Assembly: GCA_963675745.2 (NCBI GenBank)
Contig: CAXXWX010000002.1
Span: 1-64,000 of the forward strand
DNA: 64,000 bases
Reading direction: 5' to 3'
From: Phycisphaerae bacterium
GTDB lineage: Bacteria; Planctomycetota; Phycisphaerae; UBA1845; Fen-1342
Each line of letters starts with the position of its first letter. Position 1 is the first letter of the stretch. Of the stretch, positions 38,968 through 48,207 are shown one piece after another. The notes under the pieces were generated by a model. It was not told the DNA's origin. It saw nothing but the letters and a program-made list of their open reading frames with translations, and made no database searches. Position numbers and translations under genes: made by a program.

Positions 38968-40277
38968 GTGAGCACAAGTGGGCTGCCGGCCAATCCGACC
39001 AACGATCCGGCGCTACGGTCGTTTGTTCCAGTCGCCGCGGCATCACACTTCCCGATTCAGAATCTCCCTTACGGGGTCTTTCGCACGACGGGTTTGACGA
39101 CCCCACGCGTCGGCGTTGCCATTGGTGACAGCGTGTCTGGATCTTGCGGCGCTCGAGCACCGTGGTTTCTTCGCCGACACGCTCAGAACGGCTGAGCCGC
39201 TATTCGACCAGCCGAGCCTCAACCGGTTCATGGGGCTGGGCCGGAACACCTGGCGTAGCGTCCGGGCGCTGGTCAGCCGGCTGCTGCGCGAGGATGAACC
39301 CACATTGCGCGATGACGCGGCATCTCCGGACGGCGGTGCTGATACCACGTGGGCAGGTCGAGCTGCAAATGCCCGTGCAGGTGGGCGACTACACGGATTT
39401 CTATTCCTCCCGCGAGCACGCCACCAACGTCGGTACGATGTTCCGCGGAAAAGACAACGCCCTGACGCCGAACTATCTCTGGATGCCCATCGCCTATCAC
39501 GGGCGTGCCAGCTCGCTGGTGCTGAGCGGGACCGACCTCCACCGCCCCACCGGCCAGGCCAGGGCCGCCCACGCGGATGCTCCCCGCTTTGGCCCCAGTC
39601 GGGCGGTGGACTTCGAGCTGGAGATGGGCTTTTTCATCGGGCCGGGCAATGAACTCGGGCGCCCGATTCCCACGGAGGCGGTGGCAGAGCACATCTTCGG
39701 GATGGTGCTGGTGAATGACTGGAGCGCCCGTGATGTTCAAAGCTGGGAGTATGCGCCGCTCGGGCCGTTTCTCGCCAAGAACTTCGGCACATCGATCTCC
39801 CCGTGGGTGGTCACGATGGAAGCGCTGGAGCCGTTTCGCTGTGCCGGGCCGTCGCAGGACCCGCCGCCGCTCGCGTATCTCCGCACCGCCGGCGACCAGG
39901 CTATCGATATTCACCTGGAGGTCAGCCTTCAGAGCGCCGGGATGGAAGCCCCCCACACGATCTGCCGCTCCAACTTCAAACACCTCTACTGGAACATGGC
40001 ACAACAACTGGCTCATCACACCATCACCGGCTGCAACGTTCGACCCGGTGATCTGCTGGCCTCCGGCACGATCAGCGGCCCGCTTCCGGAATCGTACGGC
40101 AGCCTGCTCGAACTGACCTGGCAGGGCCGGCGGCCGCTGGATTTGCCAAGCGGTGAAAGAAGAGGCTTCATCGAGGACGGCGACCACGTCACTATCACCG
40201 GTTGGTGCCAGGGCCCCGACTACCGCGTTGGGTTCGGCGAGGTCACCGGTCGCGTGCTGCCTCCCGTGGCTGAATAG
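38968..40277 (+). CDS. fahA: Fumarylacetoacetase, with two frameshifts near 39136 and 39320 (probable assembly errors)
   Basis: [17 protein letters not shown] | [11 protein letters not shown] | [42 protein letters not shown], spread over three frames. Confidence 0.9.
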
Positions 40278-40440
40278 CGGAAGCCGGCCGGCGCGCCTGT
40301 CCGCGGCCCGCCTCAGACAGCAAACTTGCCGACACGCCTACCCCCCACAATAATCCAGCACGAGCACTTCGGCGCCGCTGCCGGAAGTTGAGGCAGTGGG
40401 CGTCAGGTGGCGCAACCAGTAAGACACAGGAGACAATCGC

Positions 40441-41538
40441 ATGCCCGATCCCGACGCGCTTTCCCTGCTGGGATATGACCACGTCGAGCTGTTCGTGGGG
40501 AATGCCAAGCAAGCCGCTTACTTTTACCACAAGGTCTTCGGGTTCAAGCCGTTGGCCAAGGCCGGACTCGAAACCGGTGTGCGCGATCGGGCGAGCTACG
40601 TGATGCAGCAGGGCAGCATTCGTATCGTGCTGAGCAGTGCGCTGGGGCCTGACCACGAGATCGCGCGCCATTGCGCGCTCCACGGTGACGGGGTCAAGGC
40701 GATCGCGCTGGAAGTCGCCGACGTCGAGCGGACCATGCGCGAGGTCAAGGCGCGCGGGGCCACCGTGTTGCAGCCCGCCACCGCGATCGAGAACGAACAG
40801 GGCGTCTTCAAGACTGGGGCGGTGCATTACACCGGGGACATCGTATTCAGATTCGTTCAGCGCAAGGAGTTTCATGGGACGTTCGCGCCCGGCTTCCAGC
40901 CCATCGACGCACACACCTGCGAGCCGATCGGCCTGTCCGCGATCGATCATGTCGTGACCAACACTTACCTGGGCGAAATGGACGTTTGCGCCGACTGGTA
41001 CAGGCGCGTGCTGGGCTTCTCGCAGTTGGCGCACTTCACCGATGAGGATATCAGCACCGAATACAGCGCGCTGATGAGCAAAGTGATGCAGGACCGAACC
41101 GGCGCGTGCAAATTCCCCATCAACGAACCCGCCGAAGGACGCCGAAAGTCGCAGATCGATGAATACCTGGACTTCTATCATGGTCCCGGCATTCAGCACG
41201 TCGCGATGAGCACGCCGGACATCTGCCAGGCCGTGCGGATGCTCCGCACGCGTGACATTGACTTCCTGCGCGTGCCCGATGCCTACTACGACGATCTGGA
41301 GGACCGTGTCGGGAAGATCGACGAGGACATATCTGAGCTGCGCGAGCTGGGCATACTCGTTGATCGTGATGATGACGGATACCTGTTGCAGGTCTTCACG
41401 CAACCGGTGCAGGACCGGCCGACACTGTTCTTCGAGGTAATCGAACGCCACGGCTCGCGCGGCTTCGGCGTCGGAAACTTCAAGGCCCTGTTTGTCTCCC
41501 TGGAGCGTGAACAGGACAGGCGAGGGAATCTGGCGTAA
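40441..41538 (+). CDS. hppD: 4-hydroxyphenylpyruvate dioxygenase
   Basis: DHVELFVGNAKQ, HGDGV, IDH, INEP, SQIDEY, GIQH, LLQVFT, FFEVIER, GFGVGNFKALF. Confidence 0.97.
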   Translation: MPDPDALSLLGYDHVELFVGNAKQAAYFYHKVFGFKPLAKAGLETGVRDRASYVMQQGSIRIVLSSALGPDHEIARHCALHGDGVKAIALEVADVERTMREVKARGATVLQPATAIENEQGVFKTGAVHYTGDIVFRFVQRKEFHGTFAPGFQPIDAHTCEPIGLSAIDHVVTNTYLGEMDVCADWYRRVLGFSQLAHFTDEDISTEYSALMSKVMQDRTGACKFPINEPAEGRRKSQIDEYLDFYHGPGIQHVAMSTPDICQAVRMLRTRDIDFLRVPDAYYDDLEDRVGKIDEDISELRELGILVDRDDDGYLLQVFTQPVQDRPTLFFEVIERHGSRGFGVGNFKALFVSLEREQDRRGNLA

Positions 41539-41625
41539 CTGTCTCGGCGGCGTGCCCGGCCCGCGTCACACATTTACGGCAAAACGACTGACCCGCCGGC
41601 GCGCGCGGGGAGAGGATAGCGGCCC

Positions 41626-41976
41626 ATGACCCACGGCGAACCTGCCTGCGACTTGAGCAAACGGACCTGTGTTCCGTGCAGGGGCGGCGTGCCAGCTTTG
41701 CGCGGCGCTCAGATCACGCCACTGCACAAGCAGCTAACGGGCTGGGATGTGATCGATGAAAGCCGCCTCGCCAAGAGCTACAGTTTCCCGGACTTTGTCA
41801 CGGCCCTGGCGTTTGTAAATCGCATCGGCGACCTCGCCGAACAGCAGGGCCATCACCCCGATATCTGCCTGGCTTGGGGGCGGGTGGACATCACCATCTG
41901 GACGCACAAGATCAACGGCCTGACGGAAAGCGACTTCGTACTGGCCGCGAAGATCGACGAATTGCCCGGGGAATAA
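41626..41976 (+). CDS. phhB: Pterin-4-alpha-carbinolamine dehydratase
   Basis: CVPCRGG, HHPDI, WTHKINGLTESDF. Confidence 0.95.
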   Translation: MTHGEPACDLSKRTCVPCRGGVPALRGAQITPLHKQLTGWDVIDESRLAKSYSFPDFVTALAFVNRIGDLAEQQGHHPDICLAWGRVDITIWTHKINGLTESDFVLAAKIDELPGE

Positions 41977-42020
41977 GGGCGCCCATCTGGTCAACGCATT
42001 GCGCGGGGCACGCGCGCGAC

Positions 42021-43226
42021 CTATCGGCCGTGCCAGAACGAGCGTCCATCCGCATCCACCCAACTGGCGTGGTAGTCGGTGTCTTCCAGGTGCTCCGCCG
42101 CCCGCGTGAGCCGGAATGGCCGGTAGGTATCGCACATGACCGCCAGCTCGCTGGTGCGTTGCGCGCCGATAGAGGCCTCGTAAGCCCCCGGGTGCGGGCC
42201 GTGCGGGATTCCCTGCGGGTGCAGGCTGAATGAGCCCGGCTCGATACCCCGGCGCGAGGTGAAGTTGCCATCCACATAGAACATGATCTCGTCCATGTCC
42301 ACGCTGGCGTGACCGTAGGGGCAGGGAATCGCCCGCTCGTGGTAATCGACCATGCGCGGCACAAATGAGCATACGACGAAATCCCGCCCGCTAAACGTAG
42401 TGTGGGTCGTGGGTGGCTGATGCACCATTCCCGTAATGGGCTGGAAGTCATGGATGTTGAATGCCAGCGGGTACACACAACCGTCCCACCCAACCACATC
42501 CAATGGGAAGTGGCGGTATCGGTGGATCGTCAGCTTGTCGGACATCTTGACGACGATTTCATATGGGCCCGCGCCGTGGCGATCGTTGCTGAAGGCCGGC
42601 AACTCCGCCGGCACCCGGAAGTCACGATGTGAATAGGGCGCGTAGTCGGTGAGCTGACCATATCGGTTGCGGTACTGACCGGGTATGCCCAGATGCGGGC
42701 GACCCTCGAAGACCAGCAGCGCGCCCCGGCTGTCATCCAGGTGAAGCCGGTAGGGTGTCGATTTGGGAATCAGCAGGTAGTCGTGTTCGCGAAACGGCAG
42801 CAGGCCATAAAGGCTCTCGATGTGACCGCTGCCCGCGGTCACAAAGTACAGTTCGTCACCGTCGCCGTTGGAAAAGAACGGCCCCGGCGCTTCCAGAGGC
42901 TTGCTGACGCCGACCCGGACATTGTCGCTTGTAAACAGCGTTTGCCGGCCGGTCAGAAAGTCTCCGCGGGCCTCCATGCTCTGCGAGCGCACATGCCGCC
43001 TCTGCAAAGGCCGCTCCGCGCCGGGCTCGATCGGACAAAAGCCCGGCAAGGTGAGATCCGCCACCGCGAACTCGTCGGTGGGCGGCGTGCGGTAGTACAG
43101 AATTGAGAAGGGGCCGTTGAAACCCTCGCGCGTGATGCACTGCTCCATGAGGAGCCTGCCGCTCTCGTCATGGAAGGCGGTGTGCGGCTTGGGCGGGATT
43201 CTGCCCAGCGTATGACGGTGTAGCAT
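42021..43226 (-). CDS. hmgA: Homogentisate 1,2-dioxygenase
   Basis: GRIPPKPH, NGDGDE, PYSHRD, DVVGWDG, HQPPTTH, SFVPR, PYGH..D.DE, HGPHPG, ELAVMCDT. Start re-called at ATG 43226. Confidence 0.93.
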   Translation of the reverse strand: MLHRHTLGRIPPKPHTAFHDESGRLLMEQCITREGFNGPFSILYYRTPPTDEFAVADLTLPGFCPIEPGAERPLQRRHVRSQSMEARGDFLTGRQTLFTSDNVRVGVSKPLEAPGPFFSNGDGDELYFVTAGSGHIESLYGLLPFREHDYLLIPKSTPYRLHLDDSRGALLVFEGRPHLGIPGQYRNRYGQLTDYAPYSHRDFRVPAELPAFSNDRHGAGPYEIVVKMSDKLTIHRYRHFPLDVVGWDGCVYPLAFNIHDFQPITGMVHQPPTTHTTFSGRDFVVCSFVPRMVDYHERAIPCPYGHASVDMDEIMFYVDGNFTSRRGIEPGSFSLHPQGIPHGPHPGAYEASIGAQRTSELAVMCDTYRPFRLTRAAEHLEDTDYHASWVDADGRSFWHGR

Positions 43227-43295
43227 GATGCTCCGATGCTCCCGATAGACCTTGCGCCGGCCGGCGCTGCGGATCGACCACACGGCGGCGGCCGG

Positions 43296-44210
43296 CTAGG
43301 ACGCCACGCCGGCTTCAAGAAACGACTTCAGGTCATCCTGATTAGTGACCGGTTCGCCCGGACTGACGTTGTCCAGCTTGCCATCCAACATCCAGGCCTC
43401 CAGCCGCTCCACCTGCTCATACAGGTGATCAAACGAATCCACCACGAACAACAACGGTTGGAAGTGGTCGATCTCGAAGTACTGGTTCACCACCCATTCC
43501 AGTTGAATAGGATAGCGCTGAACCTGCGGCGATTCGATGCAATGCCCGAGCTCGCCATACGAGCTCAGCAGCCCGCTGCCATACGCGCGCAGTTCGTCGC
43601 CGATGCGCATCAAGCCAAACTCGATTGTGAACCAGAAGAAGCGGGCCATGGCCTTGAGGACGCTATCGGTGCGGCGGAGGCGTTCATCGCTGTCAGCTAT
43701 GTCCGCGGCCACCCGGGCCGCCGTGCGCGCCGCTTCGCCGAACCGCACCAGCACGTCGGCAAACCGGCGATCCGTGTGCATGGGCACATGCCCGGCGACG
43801 TCGTGGAAGATATCTGGTTCGGGGAGGTAGTCGAGCCGGCCCTGCTCGCGGATGGTGATGGTCGTCGGAAAGGCGCGTGTGCGCAGGCAGTCGAAGAACA
43901 CGTGTGCCGGCACATATCCGCTGACGGCGCGGGCCTTGAAGCCCGTCGACGGCTCGAGGGCGCGGTTGATGTCATCCAGAAGGGGAATCGCGTCAGGACT
44001 CAGGTTCAGCTTCTCCAGACCCTCGAGAAACCGAGGATGCGCGTACCGTTGCCAGCGCGGCGCGATGCGAGCGTAGAGGGCACGCCACGTCTCCTGATTG
44101 TCCTCGCTGTAAAGCTCATACGGCTGGCGAATGTACAACTCGCCGCGCGCCCTCGAATCCTCGATGAACGGCGCCTTGGTGGTCGTCAGCCCGCGTGCCG
44201 CTTCGATCAT
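43296..44210 (-). CDS. phhA: Phenylalanine 4-hydroxylase
   Basis: YLPEPDIFHDVAGHVP, FWFTIEFGL, YGSGLLSSYGE, FQPLLFV. Confidence 0.94.
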   Translation of the reverse strand: MIEAARGLTTTKAPFIEDSRARGELYIRQPYELYSEDNQETWRALYARIAPRWQRYAHPRFLEGLEKLNLSPDAIPLLDDINRALEPSTGFKARAVSGYVPAHVFFDCLRTRAFPTTITIREQGRLDYLPEPDIFHDVAGHVPMHTDRRFADVLVRFGEAARTAARVAADIADSDERLRRTDSVLKAMARFFWFTIEFGLMRIGDELRAYGSGLLSSYGELGHCIESPQVQRYPIQLEWVVNQYFEIDHFQPLLFVVDSFDHLYEQVERLEAWMLDGKLDNVSPGEPVTNQDDLKSFLEAGVAS

Positions 44211-44287
44211 CTCATCACCAGTTTGTCAGTTGTGCCGCATGCGACCGGCCTGTTCGACAGGGGCCCGGTACCAGTTGGGTCGCGCGT

Positions 44288-44908
44288 CTAAGGCTCTTCG
44301 GGCCGTGGGATATCGAACCGGCCCGACGTCTTCACGTACGTCGATCCGCCCATACGACCGATCGCCGCGAGCTTCTCCGGATCGACCACCCCGTCGGCGA
44401 CCAAAACGTCATCCTGTACGTGGATCGCCACGACTCGACCGAAGACAACGCTGCCGGCGCCCGGTTGCTCGCCGAAGCGTCGGATGTCGATCAGCGCGCA
44501 CTCGATGTTGACCGGCGACTCTTCAACCAGCGCCGGCTTGACCAGACGGGCTGGCCGAGGCGTCAATCCCGCGCGCGCAAACTCGTCAACATCCGGCGGG
44601 TACTCATAGGCACACTGGTTCACGCGCGCGACGATCACCTCGGTCACGGTAGCCACCACGAACTCGCCGGTGGCCTCGACGTTTTGCAGCGAGTCCTTGC
44701 CGCCCCCGTCGCGGCGCAGCGTCGGGGCGAACATGATCACCGGCGGGTTGGCCGAGACCATGTTGTAAAAGCTGTACTGCGCCAGATTGGGCACCCCGGC
44801 GGCCGACAGGCTCGAAACCAGGGCTATTGGTCGGGGTTGAATGAACGAAATCGCGAGCTTATAGATGTCACGCCAGCCCGAGTCGTGTTCATGCAATTCG
44901 ATGAACAT
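44288..44908 (-). CDS. Flavin reductase-like (DIM6/NTAB) protein
   Basis: PRPIALVSS, NLAQYSFYN, KDSLQN, GEFVV, DEF..AGLT, ESP...EC, GRMGG. Confidence 0.9.
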   Translation of the reverse strand: MFIELHEHDSGWRDIYKLAISFIQPRPIALVSSLSAAGVPNLAQYSFYNMVSANPPVIMFAPTLRRDGGGKDSLQNVEATGEFVVATVTEVIVARVNQCAYEYPPDVDEFARAGLTPRPARLVKPALVEESPVNIECALIDIRRFGEQPGAGSVVFGRVVAIHVQDDVLVADGVVDPEKLAAIGRMGGSTYVKTSGRFDIPRPEEP

Positions 44909-45178
44909 CCACGCTCTCTTGCACCCGGTTGCTGATTCCTCGCGTCCCCCGGGAGCGGCCCTCGCGGCCCCGCGCTACCTGATCGTATGCGCGGGACGTC
45001 TCGTCGGCAAGCGAGTGTGACCGCGGGCAGCGTAGCCACATACGTCGAGACGCCGCCGTTCCGCGACAAACGCCCTTTCACGATTCGAGAGTGTGTTCCA
45101 GGTTCGGCGGACGCATGGTTATACTGGGTATCAGGTAACGCCAGAGCGAAAGCAAGGAGCCGCCAACAGGGGTAGCCC

Positions 45179-46537
45179 ATGGCGCAGATTGTCTGCGATG
45201 CCGACCTGCTCACTCCCGGTGAGATCGCCTCAGCGGTGTATCTGAAGGAACACCTGCCCGGCGACTGGCTGGTTATCGTCGGGCGCGAGCTGGTCCACCC
45301 GTCGGGTGCCGTGCGCGAGGTCGATTTCATCATAATCGGGCATCACCTGGTGTTCGCGGTGGAGGAGAAGGCCTGGCACGGAAAGCTGTTCGGCAACGAC
45401 CACTCGTGGGTGCTTTCGAGCGGCGAGAGTCGGCGCAGCCCGCTGAACCAGGCCTACACCGTGGCTCGGCCGCTGGCCGGCCGCTTGAGACACGCCATCC
45501 CCGGTGTGCGACAGACGATCGGCAACGCCCATTTCGTCTATCCAGCCGTCTTGCTCTCCGACCCCAAGGCCCGGGTGCTGGTACATGATCCGCGTTGTGC
45601 GCAGCAGGTTTGGAAACTCCCCGGCTGCGAGCAGAAGTTTCACGCGCGCGACAAGGACGCCAAGAACCACCACACGTCGATCATCCAGGTGCGGGAGTCG
45701 ATCGTCCGCCATCTGACCGAGCTGCCGGATCGTCCGGAGATTCCCAAGCGTATCAATGCCTATCGCGTGGTTGAGTCGCTGGGTACGACGGGGCCGATTC
45801 GGGCATACGCCGCCGAACACGACGATGGCTCCAGGCACACGCTGAAGCTGCTGCCCCGACCGAACACGCTGAGCGCGGCGACACTCGAACAGGAGAAACG
45901 CGCGCTGCTGCGCGAGTATGACACGCTGCGGACGCTCGAGGGGGCCGGCATCGCGCCGAAATGTGACCGCTACTTCTACTGGCAGGACGACGAGGTGCTG
46001 GTCGTACCGATGGCCACGCTGCCCGGCAAGACATTGCGCGCCGACCGCGCGCTGGCTGAGCCACGGGCCGACGACTTGCCCGGATTATTCACCGCCGGCT
46101 TTACCGCCTTGAGCACGCTGCACGAAGCGGGCATCGTACACCGCGGGCTCAGCCCGGATCGCGTGTGGCGCTGTGATGACGGCAAGGTGCGGTTCTCGGA
46201 TTTTGTCGCCAGCCGGCTGCCCAACGCGCAGACAATCGCGGACATGGCCGATTGGGTGGACCCGCCTGATCCATATCGCGCCCCCGAGTGCCGCCTGAAC
46301 CCGGCCCTGGCCGAGCCGGCTTCCGATGTCTATTGCCTGTGCGCCACGCTTTTGTTCTGGATCAGCGGGCTGGAGCCTGACGAGCGCGGCGACATGCCGG
46401 ACTGGATCCCGACGCTGCACGACCAGCTTGGCCGGCCATACCGCAAGCTGCTCAAGCTGTGTCAGCGGTGCCTGGTGGAAGACGACCGCAAGCGACCGCC
46501 CGCGGCGAAGGTCGCGCAACAAGCGCGGAAGCTGTAG
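45179..46537 (+). CDS. NERD nuclease domain fused to a protein kinase-like domain (PglW N-terminus-like)
   Basis: REVDFIII...AVEEKAWHG PD-(D/E)xK-type NERD motif; kinase-like region with LK, LLRE, HRGLSPDRV, FSDF, YRAPE, SDVY, KRP. Confidence 0.82.
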   Translation: MAQIVCDADLLTPGEIASAVYLKEHLPGDWLVIVGRELVHPSGAVREVDFIIIGHHLVFAVEEKAWHGKLFGNDHSWVLSSGESRRSPLNQAYTVARPLAGRLRHAIPGVRQTIGNAHFVYPAVLLSDPKARVLVHDPRCAQQVWKLPGCEQKFHARDKDAKNHHTSIIQVRESIVRHLTELPDRPEIPKRINAYRVVESLGTTGPIRAYAAEHDDGSRHTLKLLPRPNTLSAATLEQEKRALLREYDTLRTLEGAGIAPKCDRYFYWQDDEVLVVPMATLPGKTLRADRALAEPRADDLPGLFTAGFTALSTLHEAGIVHRGLSPDRVWRCDDGKVRFSDFVASRLPNAQTIADMADWVDPPDPYRAPECRLNPALAEPASDVYCLCATLLFWISGLEPDERGDMPDWIPTLHDQLGRPYRKLLKLCQRCLVEDDRKRPPAAKVAQQARKL

Positions 46538-46588
46538 CCAGCTCACCAATAGGGGCCCGTGACACAAGCGGCGGATGGCAGGCATGTC

Positions 46589-46770
46589 GTCCCGCAGGGA
46601 CGCAATGAACTTAGCCCAGTACGAAGTACTGGGGCAATCGTGGCCACGTGAAGACCCAGTCCCACCGGGACGGCTGGGCTTTCAGTCGTCCCGTGCGGGA
46701 CTTGGCGGCCGGGCACGCGATCCAAACCCAGCACTGCGTACTGGGCTATATTCAGATGCCCCTGCGGGGC
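46589..46770. repeat. Compound inverted-repeat element (MITE/REPIN-like, about 180 bp)
   Basis: Left arm GTCCCGCAGGGAC..TGAA..TAGCCCAGTACGAAGTACTGGG..GTCCCACCGGGACGGCTG is mirrored by CAGTCGTCCCGTGCGGGAC..CCCAGCACTGCGTACTGGGCTA..TTCA..GCCCCTGCGGGGC. Confidence 0.75.
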
Positions 46771-46955
46771 ACGTGACTCGGAAACCACGGACGCGGAACT
46801 CCCCGCCTGAACTGTCACGGACCCCACCAATAGTGGGCAAACTTCCAGAGGGGGCTTACTTGCCCGAGTTCGAGTACACTCTCAGGTTAGTATGCAGCGG
46901 CCGACTGCCGGCCGCGGGTAGAGGAAGACTAACGACGAGTACGAAGGGTGATCAC

Positions 46956-48152
46956 ATGGAAACTGGGCAGATTGGAGCGTTGCTGGAGAGACTCGACGCG
47001 CTGGACACCGGACTTTACCAGAAGGACTTCCTGCTGACATGGCAGCAGTCGGCCGATGACCTGAACGCCGTCCTGCTGGCCGCCGAGGCCTTGCAGAAGA
47101 TGTGGCGGGCGAATATCGCGCCCCGCGTTTTCAACGGCGGGCTGGCCGTCTCGAACTTCCGCGACAAGTCCACGCGCACCCGTTTCTCGTTCGCCAGCGC
47201 GGCCAGTCTCCTCGGCCTGTCGGCGCAGGACCTGGACGAGTCGAAGTCACAAATAGCCCACGGCGAAACCGTCCGCGAGACGGCCAACATGATCTCCTTT
47301 CTCACCGAAGTCATCGGCATCCGCGACGACCTGTTCATCCACGAGGGGCACGAGTACATGGCCGAGGTTTCCAAGGCCGTTGAGGAGGGCTTTCGTGAAG
47401 GCGCGTTGCCGCAGCGACCGGCCGTAATCAACCTCCAGTGCGACCGCGACCACCCGACGCAATCGCTGGCCGATCTGCGCCATCTTAAGGAGACGTTCGG
47501 TTCGCTGGAGGCCCTGCGGGGCAAGACGATTGCCATGAGCTGGGGCTACTCGCCGTCCTACGGCAAGCCGCTGTCGGTCGCCCAGGGCATCATCACGTTG
47601 ATGACGCGTTTCGGGATGGACGTGGTCCTGGCCCACCCCGAAGGCTACGACGTCATGCCGGAGCTGGAGCAGGTGGCCGGCAAGCACGCCGAGCAATCCG
47701 GCGGCTCGTTCCGCAAGGTCCACAGCATGGAAGAGGCCTTCCGCGACGCGGACATCGTCTACCCCAAGAGCTGGGCTCCGTACAAAATCATGGAGCAGCG
47801 CACAGCCCTGTTGCGGGCGGGGAAGGCCAAGGAGCTCGACGCACTCGAGAAAGAGTGCCTCGCCGTCAACAGCAAGCATAAGAACTGGGAGTACACAGAG
47901 AAGCTGGCCGAGATCACGCGCGGGGGTAAGGCGCTGTACATGCACCCTCTGCCGGCGGACATTACGGATGTGAATTGCGAAGCCGGCGAGGTGGCCGCCA
48001 GCGTCTTCGAGCGCTACCGCCTGGCCACCTACAACGAAGCGGAGCACAAGCCCTACGTCATCGCGGCCATGATCCTGCTGACGCGCTGCGAACAGCCCGG
48101 CCGGGTGCTGGCCGACCTGCTAAGCAAGGCCACGCCGCACCGGTTGAGCTGA
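46956..48152 (+). CDS. ygeW: Knotted carbamoyltransferase YgeW
   Basis: DFLLTW, FRDKSTRTRFS, SQIAHGETVRETANMISF, NLQCDRDHPTQ, YSPSYGKPLSV, YPKSW, YMHPLPADI. Start re-called at ATG 46956. Confidence 0.93.
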   Translation: METGQIGALLERLDALDTGLYQKDFLLTWQQSADDLNAVLLAAEALQKMWRANIAPRVFNGGLAVSNFRDKSTRTRFSFASAASLLGLSAQDLDESKSQIAHGETVRETANMISFLTEVIGIRDDLFIHEGHEYMAEVSKAVEEGFREGALPQRPAVINLQCDRDHPTQSLADLRHLKETFGSLEALRGKTIAMSWGYSPSYGKPLSVAQGIITLMTRFGMDVVLAHPEGYDVMPELEQVAGKHAEQSGGSFRKVHSMEEAFRDADIVYPKSWAPYKIMEQRTALLRAGKAKELDALEKECLAVNSKHKNWEYTEKLAEITRGGKALYMHPLPADITDVNCEAGEVAASVFERYRLATYNEAEHKPYVIAAMILLTRCEQPGRVLADLLSKATPHRLS

Positions 48153-48161
48153 CGTAGACAT

Positions 48162-48197
48162 CGGGCCCGGCTCGCTGGCGCGATCCGGGCCCGTTTT
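48162..48197 (+). terminator. Intrinsic terminator between convergent genes
   Basis: CGGGCCCGG...CCGGGCCCG followed by TTTT. Confidence 0.6.
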
Positions 48198-48207
48198 GCC
48201 TGCCGGA

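Noticed and set aside
45179..46537. Complete BREX type 2 (Pgl) system
   Set aside because: No pglX, pglY, pglZ, brxD or brxHI genes are in the window.
46575..46955. 127-aa N-terminal extension of YgeW in the ORF track
   Set aside because: It reads through a MITE-like repeat and the likely promoter region; homology and a plausible RBS point to ATG 46956.
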